A stretch of 64,000 bases of DNA from Qipengyuania sp. (lineage in GTDB: Bacteria; Pseudomonadota; Alphaproteobacteria; Sphingomonadales; Sphingomonadaceae): positions 19 to 64,018 of the forward strand of contig NZ_JBLYYF010000009.1 of assembly GCF_048550555.1 (NCBI RefSeq), read 5' to 3'. Shown in pieces: positions 36,850 through 45,940 of the stretch; the first letter of the stretch is position 1; every line of letters starts with the position of its first letter. Made by a program: the position numbers and the translations under genes. The notes beneath the pieces were generated by a model. The model was given only the letters and a program-made list of their open reading frames with translations, ran no database searches and was not told the DNA's origin.

Positions 36850-37653
36850 ATGGCCTATTTCGAAACCGAAGGCGGCGGCCACGTCTATTACGAGCATTTT
36901 CGCGGCGAAAAATTTCCCGTCGTCCTGGTCCATGGCTGGGGCATGTCGGGCGAATACTGGGCATCCGCAATCGAGGCGCTGCAGGCGGAAGGCCATGGCG
37001 CGATCATCGTGGACCATCGTGGATGTGGACGATCGGATCGCGACTTCGCCGATATGTCGATCGGCGCGATCGCCGGCGACGTGGCCGCGATCGTCCGTCA
37101 GTGCGGCCCGGAGCGTGTCGTGCTCAACGGCTGGTCGCTCGGCGCGGCCGTGGTCGTCGCGGCCGCCGAGATCCTCGGCGACCGGGTGGCGGGGCTGATC
37201 CTGACCTGCGGTGCCTCGCCGCGCTACGTTCAGGGAGAGGGCTTCCCCCATGGCGGAACCGCCGAGGATGTGCTCGGCATTTGCAGCGCGATTACCGCCG
37301 ACCGACCCGGCTTCTTCCGCACGCTCGCCGAAGGCGCGGCGGGCGAAGGCGCGAGCGAGGCGCTGATCGGCTGGGTCGAGCGCGGCTTCCTCGCCTCCGG
37401 TCCACGCGCAAGCGAAACGCTTGCCGGACTCGCCACGCTCGACCAGCGCGTGTTGCTCTCGTCCTTTCCCTTCCCGGTGCTCTCGATCGGGGGGGCGAAT
37501 GATGCCATCGCCGATCCGGCCATCGCGGGATTCGCGGCCGACTGTGCGCAGCACGGGACGCTGGTGACACTGAACACGGGCCATTCGCCCCAGCTCGAGA
37601 CCCCCACAGCCTACAACAACGTCCTGATAGAATTTATGAGGAAGCTCGCATGA
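36850..37653 (+). CDS. alpha/beta hydrolase (serine nucleophile; lactonase/esterase-like)
   Basis: VHGWG, DHRGCGRSD, GWSLG elbow, GGANDAI, GHSP. AGGAG RBS overlaps the previous stop. Confidence 0.9.
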   Translation: MAYFETEGGGHVYYEHFRGEKFPVVLVHGWGMSGEYWASAIEALQAEGHGAIIVDHRGCGRSDRDFADMSIGAIAGDVAAIVRQCGPERVVLNGWSLGAAVVVAAAEILGDRVAGLILTCGASPRYVQGEGFPHGGTAEDVLGICSAITADRPGFFRTLAEGAAGEGASEALIGWVERGFLASGPRASETLAGLATLDQRVLLSSFPFPVLSIGGANDAIADPAIAGFAADCAQHGTLVTLNTGHSPQLETPTAYNNVLIEFMRKLA

Positions 37654-38792
37654 TCTCCTCCGTGGTCGACGACCTCGCCGCTTTACTCGCACCCTTGCGG
37701 GCACCCTTCGAATGCAAGTCCTTGAAGGCGCCGAACCGCTTCTGCATGGCGCCGATGTCGCGCTATTTCGCGCCCGGCGGCATCCTGACCGAGGACGGAG
37801 CCGAATATTATCGCCTTCGCGCAGCGGCGGGTATCGGCACGATCATCACCGAGGGCACCGGCGTTGCAATCGATCACAGCGTTGCCGCGGATTCGGTGCC
37901 GCTGTTCGCCGGCGACGAAGCGCTGGCTGCGTGGAAGAGAGCGGTGGACGCGGTTCATGCCGAAGGCGGAACGTTCGTACCGCAACTGTGGCATGTGGGT
38001 GGCTGCTCCGATTTCAATTTCCCCGATTCACCCCACGCCCCGCTGGTCAGCCCGTCGGGTTTCGCCGGACCCGACGTGCCCGGTGGCCGTGCCATGAGCG
38101 ACGAGGACATTGCCGATACCGTGGCGGCATTCGCCGAATCCGCGCGCGCGGCGAAGGACATGGGTTGCGACGCGATCGAACTCCACGGCGCGCACGGCTA
38201 CATCTTCGACCAGTTCTTCTGGGACAAGACCAATTTGCGTAAGGATCGCTATGGCGGACCGGACATTGCCGACCGGGCGACTTTCGCGGCCGAAGTCGTG
38301 GCCGCATGTCGCGAGGCGGTGGGCGATGATTTCGCGATCATCCTGCGCATTTCGCAATGGAAGACCTACGACTACGAGGTGAAACTCGCGAACGATCCCG
38401 ACGAGATGCAACGCTGGCTCGACCCGCTCGTTCGTGCCGGAGTGGATATCTTCCACGCATCGCAACGCCGGTTCTGGGAGCCCGAATTCGTCGGCGACAC
38501 GAAGAACTTCGGCGGTTGGATCAAGGAGGTAACCGGCAAGCCGGTGATCACCGTCGGATCCATCGGCATGAACCGTGATCTGATGGAGGATTTCGTCGAG
38601 GGCATTTCCTCGCCCATGCTCAACCGGCTGGTCGATCTGGTGGACATGTTCGACCGAGGCGAGTTCGATCTCGTCGCACTGGGCCGCGTCCTTCTCGCCG
38701 ACCCAGACTGGCTGGAAAAGATCGAGCAGCGGCGGATCGACGAACTCAAGCCCTACGACCGCGCGACTGCGCTCGAGCGCTACGAACACTGA
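37650..38792 (+). CDS. Old Yellow Enzyme family NADH:flavin oxidoreductase
   Basis: NRFCMAPMSR, QLWHVG, ELHGAHGYIFDQF, RKDRYGG, LGRVLLADP. Confidence 0.93.
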   Translation: MISSVVDDLAALLAPLRAPFECKSLKAPNRFCMAPMSRYFAPGGILTEDGAEYYRLRAAAGIGTIITEGTGVAIDHSVAADSVPLFAGDEALAAWKRAVDAVHAEGGTFVPQLWHVGGCSDFNFPDSPHAPLVSPSGFAGPDVPGGRAMSDEDIADTVAAFAESARAAKDMGCDAIELHGAHGYIFDQFFWDKTNLRKDRYGGPDIADRATFAAEVVAACREAVGDDFAIILRISQWKTYDYEVKLANDPDEMQRWLDPLVRAGVDIFHASQRRFWEPEFVGDTKNFGGWIKEVTGKPVITVGSIGMNRDLMEDFVEGISSPMLNRLVDLVDMFDRGEFDLVALGRVLLADPDWLEKIEQRRIDELKPYDRATALERYEH

Positions 38793-39312
38793 TCGCATAT
38801 GGTGTCGGTCGATTGTGCGATAACCTCCCCAGGTTGAGCAAGCTGCGGCAATCCCGATAGAAAGCAGTCCGATCCGAACGTCTGCATTCGTTGCCCGCTC
38901 GCCCCGAATCTGACGATCCGCTACCGGCCCCATAGCAGTCATAAGCGACGGTCATTCAGATCGATATTGGCCTAGCAACTTCGGTTCCCTACAGCCGAGC
39001 GGTCGGTTAGGCGAAACCGAGTTCTGCAAAGGTCCAATCGAGCCCCGCAACCACCACCACAACACACACCAATGCCGCCCACGGGCGGCCGCTTGCGCTC
39101 CGGGAATAGCAGTCGCGCTGGGCAAGCTGCCTCAAGGCAGTCCGACTCCTGACCGAGCGATGCAAAAGCCACCACGCTAGCGCCGAGGCCCTTGCGACCC
39201 TGAAGGTGAACGGAGAGATGGCCGGCGATCGCAACGCCAGGTCCTGCCTATCGCGACCCACGGTACGGATCGCCGGACGCTCGCCATCTTCGCCCAGCGC
39301 GTCGACGCGGGA

Positions 39313-39876
39313 TCAGGGCATCTGCCCGGCGAGCTTGCGGAGCGTCTGGGCCGCGATGTCCAGCGTCTGGAGCTTGGTCATGAAGCGCGCGACGACGGCC
39401 GGATCGTCGGCCAGCTCGTCGGACAGCGCCTCCATGGCCGCAGCCGTATGGATGATGTCCTCGCGGCTCAATTCGGTCGAGAACAGCGGGGCCGCGACCT
39501 TGGCCACGGGGGCTGCGACCAGTTCGGCCCTGGCCATCTTGATCGCCACGTCGACTTCTGACTGGGTGCGCCGGCCCGACGGTAGCCACAGACCGACGTC
39601 GGCGGGGTGGTGAAAGCGGATACCCGCCTTGCCGTCACCCTTCCAGACGACCGTCGCATCGAGCGAGATCTCGCCGCGATGGAGAAGGCAGGCCGTGCCC
39701 GGAGTCGGGAGATGTGCAGCCTCGACCAGTGCGCCGCCGCTCGACATGTTGCGGACCTTGGCCGTTTCGCGCGAGGTGTTGGTCACCAGTGCGGCCATGA
39801 CGAACATGTTGGTTCGCGGCTCCGAACGGGCGCAATCGGGAAAGGCTTCCGGTGTATCGTACGCTGTTGTGAACAT
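39313..39876 (-). CDS. PilZ-domain protein
   Basis: RSEPR (RxxxR) and NMSSGG ((D/N)xSxxG) motifs followed by a helical C-terminal extension. Start may be TTG 39888. Confidence 0.85.
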   Translation of the reverse strand: MFTTAYDTPEAFPDCARSEPRTNMFVMAALVTNTSRETAKVRNMSSGGALVEAAHLPTPGTACLLHRGEISLDATVVWKGDGKAGIRFHHPADVGLWLPSGRRTQSEVDVAIKMARAELVAAPVAKVAAPLFSTELSREDIIHTAAAMEALSDELADDPAVVARFMTKLQTLDIAAQTLRKLAGQMP

Positions 39877-39997
39877 GTCGAATTCCAATAGCCTGCATGC
39901 CCGATCTTCGGCAAGATTGCCTCATCGCCCGGCTAGGTAAATGTACGAGGTAGGCCCGCCCGTTGCGGCGCGCGCCGACCGGGGCCCGAACGAGTGA

Positions 39998-40025
39998 GGC
40001 CCGCCGCTCTTGCGAGCGACGGGCC
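39998..40025 (-). terminator. hairpin downstream of flagellin
   Basis: Minus strand GGCCCGTCGCTC-GCAA-GAGCGGCGGGCC: 12-bp stem with one G-U pair and a GNRA loop; weak U tract. Confidence 0.65.
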
Positions 40026-40053
40026 ATCTTCTCGTTGCTAGGCTTGTGGAGGC

Positions 40054-40893
40054 TTAGCGGAGCAGCGAGAGGACGTTCTGCTGGCTCTGGTTGGCCTGCG
40101 CCAGCATCGCACCCGAAGCCTGGCTCAGGATCTGGGCCTTGGCGAGGGCGGTCGTTTCAGCCGAATAGTCGGTGTCTTCGATCCGCGAACGCGCGTCGGT
40201 CAGGTTGGTGATGTTGTTGGCGAGGTTGTTGACAGCCGATTCGAGCTGGTTCTGCGATGCACCGAGGCTGGCGCGCGAGGTCGAGATGGTCTTGATCGCA
40301 TCGTCGAACACGGCGAGTTCGCTGCCGTCGCCGGCCAGCGCCGTCACGTCGACCGCAGCAGCGGCGGTGATGGTGGCGTCGGCCGTGAGGTCGGTCGACA
40401 GGTCGATGGTGACGGTGTCCGAAGCATTCGCACCGGCCTGCACCGTGACCGAACCGTCGCCAGCCGGGCCTGCGGTGCCGTCGAACAGCTTCTGGCCGTT
40501 GAATTCACTGTTGGTCAGGACGCTGCTGATCTGCGTGTTCAGTGCGGTCATTTCCGACTGCAGGTTGGCGAGGTCGTCGGCCGAGTAGGTGCCGTTCGAA
40601 GCCTGGACGGTCAGTTCACGCTGGCGCTGCAGCATGTTGGTGACTTCGTTGAGCGCGCCTTCAGCGGTCTGCGCCATCGAAATGCCGTCGTTGGCGTTGC
40701 GGATGCCCTGGTTCATGCCCTTGACCTGCGAGGTCATGGAGGTGGCGATGGCGAGGCCGGCTGCATCGTCCTTGGCGGAGTTGATGCGCTTGCCGGTCGA
40801 CAGGCGTTCCATCGCGGTGCCGAGCGCTTTGCCGGCGACGTTCGATGCGTTCGACGCCTTCATGGCGCTGATATTGGTGTTGATGACGTTCAT
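40054..40893 (-). CDS. fliC: flagellin
   Basis: [50 protein letters not shown]; 279 aa. Confidence 0.97.
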   Translation of the reverse strand: MNVINTNISAMKASNASNVAGKALGTAMERLSTGKRINSAKDDAAGLAIATSMTSQVKGMNQGIRNANDGISMAQTAEGALNEVTNMLQRQRELTVQASNGTYSADDLANLQSEMTALNTQISSVLTNSEFNGQKLFDGTAGPAGDGSVTVQAGANASDTVTIDLSTDLTADATITAAAAVDVTALAGDGSELAVFDDAIKTISTSRASLGASQNQLESAVNNLANNITNLTDARSRIEDTDYSAETTALAKAQILSQASGAMLAQANQSQQNVLSLLR

Positions 40894-40954
40894 GGCTCAG
40901 TTCCCTTTGGTCTACGATCACTGCCCCCCGGTCAGGATGCGGCAGCCGAGAACC

Positions 40955-40981
40955 AGACCGGCAGAAATGTTCCGGGATTAA
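40955..40981 (-). promoter_or_regulatory. sigma28 (FliA) promoter of fliC
   Basis: Minus strand TTAAT-N14-GCCGGTCT; same geometry as the fliD, flgM and motA sites. Confidence 0.6.
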
Positions 40982-41102
40982 GTGGGTCGCCGAAAGTTCG
41001 CTGCCGGCCCGTTAACCAACCTCGTAAATCTACCAACCCTAAAATTATCCAATCTTTGGACGTGGGGGTGGCATTTCCGGGTCTGTCGATAAGACTTGCC
41101 AT

Positions 41103-42368
41103 GTGGGGGCACAAATGGACGGGATTACAAAGACTGCGAATTTTTCGCGTGCACACGGGACCATCGAGGCCCGGTTGGCGGGAATCGCGTCGTCTCTGTT
41201 TATGGAACGGCCGGTCACGCTGGCTGACGGAAGCGATATCGCGGCGAACCGCGACGCGCGTACCATCACTCTCGCGCGGGGCGATGAGCCGGCGATCGTG
41301 CCGAGCGGCACTGGCGGAACGCTGATCTATAGCGACCCGATTGCCGAAAGCAGCATCGCCGCGCTGGTCGCGCTGACCTATGCCGGCCAGGGTCCGGTTG
41401 CCGCCGATCCCGCGTCGCTCTCGATCATTGCACTGGCCGACCGTCTCGCACGGACCGACATTCCCGTGCTGATCAACGGCCCGACGGGTACCGGCAAGGA
41501 AGTCCTCTCCAATTTCATCCATCGTCGCAGCGAGCGTGCGGACAAGCCCTTCATCGCGGTGAACTGCGCCGCGATCCCCGAAACCATGCTCGAAGCCATG
41601 CTGTTCGGTCATGAGAAGGGCTCGTTTACCGGCGCCAATGCCGCGGGCGAAGGTTTCTTCCGCGCCGCCCACGGCGGAACGCTGCTGCTCGACGAAATCG
41701 CCGAGATGCCGCTTTCGCTGCAGGCGAAGCTGCTGCGCGCGCTGCAGGAAGGCGAGGTCGTGCCGATCGGTGCGACCCGCCCGGTCAAGGTCGACGTCCG
41801 CATCATCGCTTGCGCCAACCGCGACCTTCCGCATGAAGTGGCCGAGGGCCGTTTCCGCGCCGACCTCTATTATCGCCTCAACGTCTTCCCGATCGAAATG
41901 CTGGCGCTGCGCGAGCGTCGCGCGGACATCGCGCCGCTGGCCTTCGCCATGCTGCTGCGCCACGCAGCGAAGGGCGCCAACGTGCCGTGGATCAGCGATG
42001 CCGCGATGGCCGAACTGATCGACTACGCCTGGCCCGGCAACGTCCGCGAGCTGGAAAACGTCATGCGCCGCGCGCTGCTGCTCTCGCAGGGCAAGAGCGT
42101 GATCGAGGCCGAACACATCATCTTCGACATGACCGCCCGCGCGGTCGAGAAACCTGCCGAAGTCGTGCAGATCGGTGAAAGCAAGGGGCCCGCCAAGCTG
42201 TCGAAGATCGTCCAGATCTCCGAAGCGCGTGCGATCATGGAAGCGCTCGACGCCGTCGGCGGCCACCGTGCCAACGCGGCCCGTGCGCTGGGGATCAGCG
42301 AGCGCACGCTGCGCTATCGACTGGCATCTTTCCGTGAAGCCGGTATTGCCGTGGGAGCGGGCCGATGA
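41103..42368 (+). CDS. sigma54-dependent flagellar activator (FleQ/LafK-like)
   Basis: [39 protein letters not shown]-terminal Fis HTH. No canonical receiver domain; start uncertain. Confidence 0.88.
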   Translation: MGAQMDGITKTANFSRAHGTIEARLAGIASSLFMERPVTLADGSDIAANRDARTITLARGDEPAIVPSGTGGTLIYSDPIAESSIAALVALTYAGQGPVAADPASLSIIALADRLARTDIPVLINGPTGTGKEVLSNFIHRRSERADKPFIAVNCAAIPETMLEAMLFGHEKGSFTGANAAGEGFFRAAHGGTLLLDEIAEMPLSLQAKLLRALQEGEVVPIGATRPVKVDVRIIACANRDLPHEVAEGRFRADLYYRLNVFPIEMLALRERRADIAPLAFAMLLRHAAKGANVPWISDAAMAELIDYAWPGNVRELENVMRRALLLSQGKSVIEAEHIIFDMTARAVEKPAEVVQIGESKGPAKLSKIVQISEARAIMEALDAVGGHRANAARALGISERTLRYRLASFREAGIAVGAGR

Positions 42369-42727
42369 ACCCCGTAGGCGGCATCGGGGGCGGCGGTTCG
42401 ATCGAACAGATCATCGCCCTGCGCCAGCAGATCATCGATCGCTCCAAGGTCCTCCAGGAGCTTCATCAGCCCAAGCCGGCTGCGCCGACGGAAGCGACGA
42501 CGACCGCGCCGAACTTCGGCGATTCGCTGCGAACGGCGCTCGACAACGTCAACTCGGTCCAGGCCGAATCCGGTCGTATCACCGCCGCCTACGAACGCGG
42601 CGAGGAAACCGATATCGCCAAGGTGATGCTTGCCCGGCAGGAAGCCGGGGTCGCCTTCGAAGCCACACTTCAGGTCCGCAACAAGCTGCTTGCTGCGTAT
42701 CAAGAGACCATGCGGATGGGGGTCTAA
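42365..42727 (+). CDS. fliE: flagellar hook-basal body protein
   Basis: AFEATLQVRNKLLAAYQETMRM C-terminus. Confidence 0.93.
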   Translation: MNPVGGIGGGGSIEQIIALRQQIIDRSKVLQELHQPKPAAPTEATTTAPNFGDSLRTALDNVNSVQAESGRITAAYERGEETDIAKVMLARQEAGVAFEATLQVRNKLLAAYQETMRMGV

Positions 42728-42730
42728 TCC

Positions 42731-44353
42731 ATGAGCGGTCTGGTTCCTGCCAATAGCGCCCCGCAGGGGGTGCTGGCCCCGCTCACGAGCGGGTCGGGTT
42801 CGTTCGGCCAGCGGCTGAGTGCGTTCGTCGTACAGCCGCCGGTCAAGAAGGTCTTACCCTGGTTTGCCGGTACGGCCGGTCTCGGCCTGCTGGCCCTGAC
42901 CTGGGCGACGCTGTCCCCGGCACCGCAGCGTACTCTCTATTCCTCGCTCGGTGATGCGGAGCGCGCTAGCGTCGCCGCGACGCTCGACCAGGCGGGCATC
43001 GATTATGCGATCGACAACAACACCGGCACACTGACCGTGGGCGAGGACGATGTCTATCGCGCCCGAATGCTGGTGGCGTCCGACGGCTCGCTGGCGGCTC
43101 CCGAAAGCGGAACCGACCTGATCGAGAACCTTCCGATGGGGGCGAGCCGGACGCTCGAAGGTGACCGCCTGCGCGCCGCGCAGGAGCGCGAGCTGATGCT
43201 GACGATCATGGAGATCGACGGCGTCGAAGCCGTCCGGGTCCATATCGCCAAGGCCGAACGCTCGGTCTTCGTGCGCGAGAACATCGCGCCGACGGCATCG
43301 ATCATGGTGCGCATGGCGCGTGGCCGCCAGCTGAGCGATGGCCAGGTCATGGCGATCGCCAACCTCGTCGCCGGTTCGGTGCCGGGACTGGGGATCGACG
43401 CGGTCAAGGTCGTCGACCAGCACGGCAAGCTGCTCACGCAGGAGCGCGATCCCAAGAGCGGCCTCATCGACCTGCAGGCGCAGATGGAAGCCAAGCTCAA
43501 CGCCCAGGTCGACCATCTTCTCGCGCCCATGTTCGGGACCGATGCCTTTACCGCCCAGGTGCAGGTCGAGCTCGACATGAATGAAGTGACCTCGGCACGG
43601 GAAAGCTACGACAAGGACGGCACCGTCCGCCGCGAGACGACCCAGCAGTCGCAGACCAGTACCGCACCGGTTGGCGGAATTCCCGGCGTGCTGGCCAATA
43701 CGCCTCCGGCCGATCCGACGGCGCGGCCAGGCGCACCGCAGGATACAGAGAATGCGTCGGCGAACGGCGGGGCGGGCGAAAGCAGCGCAACGCGCGTCTA
43801 CGAACTGGGCCGCGAGGTTTCGGTCTCGAACCTCTCGCCCGGATCGATCAAATATCTTTCGGTCGCGGTCGCGATCGACCAGGCAGCGCTCGCCAAGGCC
43901 AGCGCCGCCGACATCACCAAGGTCAAGGAACTCGTATCCGCAGCCGTCGGCGCGCGCGCCGATCGCGGCGATCAGGTGACCGTGGTGATGCGCGCGTTCG
44001 AGAAGGTCGAGGCCGAAGGCGTGCCCTTCTACGAAACCAGCTGGTTCGGCATGGCCGTCCGCAACGGTGTGGCGATCCTCGGCGTGCTGCTGGTGCTGCT
44101 GCTTGCGGTGCGCCCGGCGGTCAATGCCCTGCGCAACGGGCTGAAAGGTGCCAGTCGCGCGGATATGCAGGGGGACGGGGGAACACCCGCGCTCGGCGGT
44201 CCGTCCTACGGCGCCGTATCGCCCTATGACCGAGAGGCGCTCGACGGGCAGATCGAACTGGCCCAGCGCATCGCGCGCGAAAATCCCGACGACGCCGTGC
44301 TGGCCTTGCGCCGCCTGCTCGCCGAAGACGCCCATCAGGGAGCATCGGCATGA
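42731..44353 (+). CDS. fliF: flagellar MS-ring protein
   Basis: AQERELMLTI, VRVHIA, SVPGL, V.VVDQHG, LSVAVAID; two TM segments. Confidence 0.94.
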   Translation: MSGLVPANSAPQGVLAPLTSGSGSFGQRLSAFVVQPPVKKVLPWFAGTAGLGLLALTWATLSPAPQRTLYSSLGDAERASVAATLDQAGIDYAIDNNTGTLTVGEDDVYRARMLVASDGSLAAPESGTDLIENLPMGASRTLEGDRLRAAQERELMLTIMEIDGVEAVRVHIAKAERSVFVRENIAPTASIMVRMARGRQLSDGQVMAIANLVAGSVPGLGIDAVKVVDQHGKLLTQERDPKSGLIDLQAQMEAKLNAQVDHLLAPMFGTDAFTAQVQVELDMNEVTSARESYDKDGTVRRETTQQSQTSTAPVGGIPGVLANTPPADPTARPGAPQDTENASANGGAGESSATRVYELGREVSVSNLSPGSIKYLSVAVAIDQAALAKASAADITKVKELVSAAVGARADRGDQVTVVMRAFEKVEAEGVPFYETSWFGMAVRNGVAILGVLLVLLLAVRPAVNALRNGLKGASRADMQGDGGTPALGGPSYGAVSPYDREALDGQIELAQRIARENPDDAVLALRRLLAEDAHQGASA

Positions 44354-45369
44354 CCGCGCCCGCCAGCCAGCTGCTCGGCGGCACCGACAAGGCGGCCATC
44401 ATGGTCATGCTGCTGGCCGAAGAGGATGCCTCGCGCATCCTTGGCCAGCTGACGCCCGACGAATTGCGCCAGCTCGCAGGCACCATGTGCAGCATCGGCG
44501 ATGTCCAGCCGCATGCGATCGCCGATGCGATTGCCGGCTTTTCGCGTTCGACCCAGCAGAACGGGCTTTCCGGTCACGGCCGGGTCGACAGCGTGCGCAA
44601 GATTCTCAGCGGCGCAGTGGGCGAGGTCAAGACCGAGAACCTGATGCGTCAGGTCGCGCCCGAGCATGAAGAGGCGAACCTGCCCGCACTGGGGCTGCTG
44701 CGCTGGCTCGATCCCAAGATCATCGGCGAAATCCTTGCCGACGAGCATCCGCAGGCGATTGCCGTCCTGCTGCTGCAGCTCGATACCGATGTCGCCGCGG
44801 CCGCGCTGGCGGCGCTGCCCGAGGATCTGCACACGCCGGTCCTGCACCGGGTCGCCCGTCTGGGCCCCGTTTCGCGCCAGGCGATCGAGATCCTCGAGCA
44901 CACGCTCAATGCCAAGATCGAGAAATTACACGGGACGATCCCTCTGACCATGGGTGGGATCAAGCATGCGGCGGATATCATCAACCGTTCGCATCGCAGC
45001 CTCGAGAAGCGCGTGATGCCGACGATCAACAAGATCGACAAGAAGCTCGCCAAGGAACTCGAGAACGAGATGTTCAAGTTCGAGCATCTCTTCGCGCTCG
45101 ATACGAAGATGACCGGGGTGCTGCTGCGCGAAGTCGAAAGCGATACGCTCATCCTCGCGCTCAAGGGCATCGAGGAAGATCAGCGCGACCAGTTCTTCGA
45201 CGCGATGTCTTCGCGTGCCGCCGATGGCCTGCGCGACGAGATCGAGATGCGCGGCAGGGTCAAGAAGGCCGATGTCGAAACCGCGCAGAAGGAAGTCGTT
45301 GCGATTGCCAAGCGCCTGATCGCGCAGGGCGACCTGATCATGGGCGAGGGCGACGAAGACTATGTCTAG
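44350..45369 (+). CDS. fliG: flagellar motor switch protein
   Basis: KAAIMVMLL, EHPQAIA, MFKFE, ALKG, MSSRAA. Confidence 0.94.
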   Translation: MTAPASQLLGGTDKAAIMVMLLAEEDASRILGQLTPDELRQLAGTMCSIGDVQPHAIADAIAGFSRSTQQNGLSGHGRVDSVRKILSGAVGEVKTENLMRQVAPEHEEANLPALGLLRWLDPKIIGEILADEHPQAIAVLLLQLDTDVAAAALAALPEDLHTPVLHRVARLGPVSRQAIEILEHTLNAKIEKLHGTIPLTMGGIKHAADIINRSHRSLEKRVMPTINKIDKKLAKELENEMFKFEHLFALDTKMTGVLLREVESDTLILALKGIEEDQRDQFFDAMSSRAADGLRDEIEMRGRVKKADVETAQKEVVAIAKRLIAQGDLIMGEGDEDYV

Positions 45370-45940
45370 AGTCGCCTACTCTGCATTGGGGCGGCGTGGG
45401 AGTTTCTCGCGCAACAGCCGCTTCACCACGCCCGAAGCTCCCTCGGCACCGCCTGCGGAAATCGAGGACGCGGCCGAAAAGGCTTACAGGGCCGGCTATG
45501 AAGACGGGCAGATTTCGGCACGCGCCGATTTCGACGCGCAGCTGAAGGCGGAACGGGCTGCGCGCGCGGCTATCGAACTGGCCTTTGCGCGTTTCGATGC
45601 CGAAAGCGAACGCAATCTGCGCGACGGCCTGCTCGCCACGGTGCATGCGCTGTGCGAGGAGGCTCTGCTGCCGCTCGCGCTCGACGCCGAAGGGCTTGCC
45701 CGACGGGTCGATGCGGCCGCCGCGATGCTCAAGCGCAAGCACGATCGCCGCATCATCCATATCCATCCCGACGATCTCGAACTGGTTCGCGACAGTGTCG
45801 CCGCCGATCTCGAACTGGTGCCCGATGGCAGCGTCGAACGGGGCGGCTTGCGCGTCGAAACCGAGGACGGCGGCGTCGAGGACGGCCCGCAGCAGTGGCA
45901 CCGCGCGCTCGCGGAAATCTTCGACACATGCAGGACCTGA
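45362..45940 (+). CDS. fliH: flagellar assembly protein H
   Basis: AYRAGYEDG, IHIHPDDL, ERGGLRVET; lies between fliG and fliI. Confidence 0.85.
   Translation: MSRVAYSALGRRGSFSRNSRFTTPEAPSAPPAEIEDAAEKAYRAGYEDGQISARADFDAQLKAERAARAAIELAFARFDAESERNLRDGLLATVHALCEEALLPLALDAEGLARRVDAAAAMLKRKHDRRIIHIHPDDLELVRDSVAADLELVPDGSVERGGLRVETEDGGVEDGPQQWHRALAEIFDTCRT

Larger units (their letters stand above)
12787..39300. mobile_element. putative degraded genomic island carrying two catabolic loci
   Basis: Lies between the photosynthesis and flagellar clusters. Truncated gene and integrase pseudogene at the left edge, and gene-free scrambled spacers at 13.2-13.5, 23.9-24.5 and 38.8-39.3 kb. No att repeats seen; boundaries approximate. 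Confidence 0.5.

Noticed and set aside
36850-37653. alpha/beta hydrolase next to the LinA-like gene as a LinB-type haloalkane dehalogenase
   Set aside because: The nucleophile elbow is GWSLG (Ser), not the Asp-based HDWG of haloalkane dehalogenases, so a lactonase or esterase is more plausible. The locus is not a complete lin pathway.
38793-39312. Right junction of the island searched for att repeats, IS ends or an ncRNA
   Set aside because: The region is gene-free and looks scrambled, but I found no direct repeat matching the 12.8-13.9 kb end, no terminal inverted repeats and no recognisable RNA structure.
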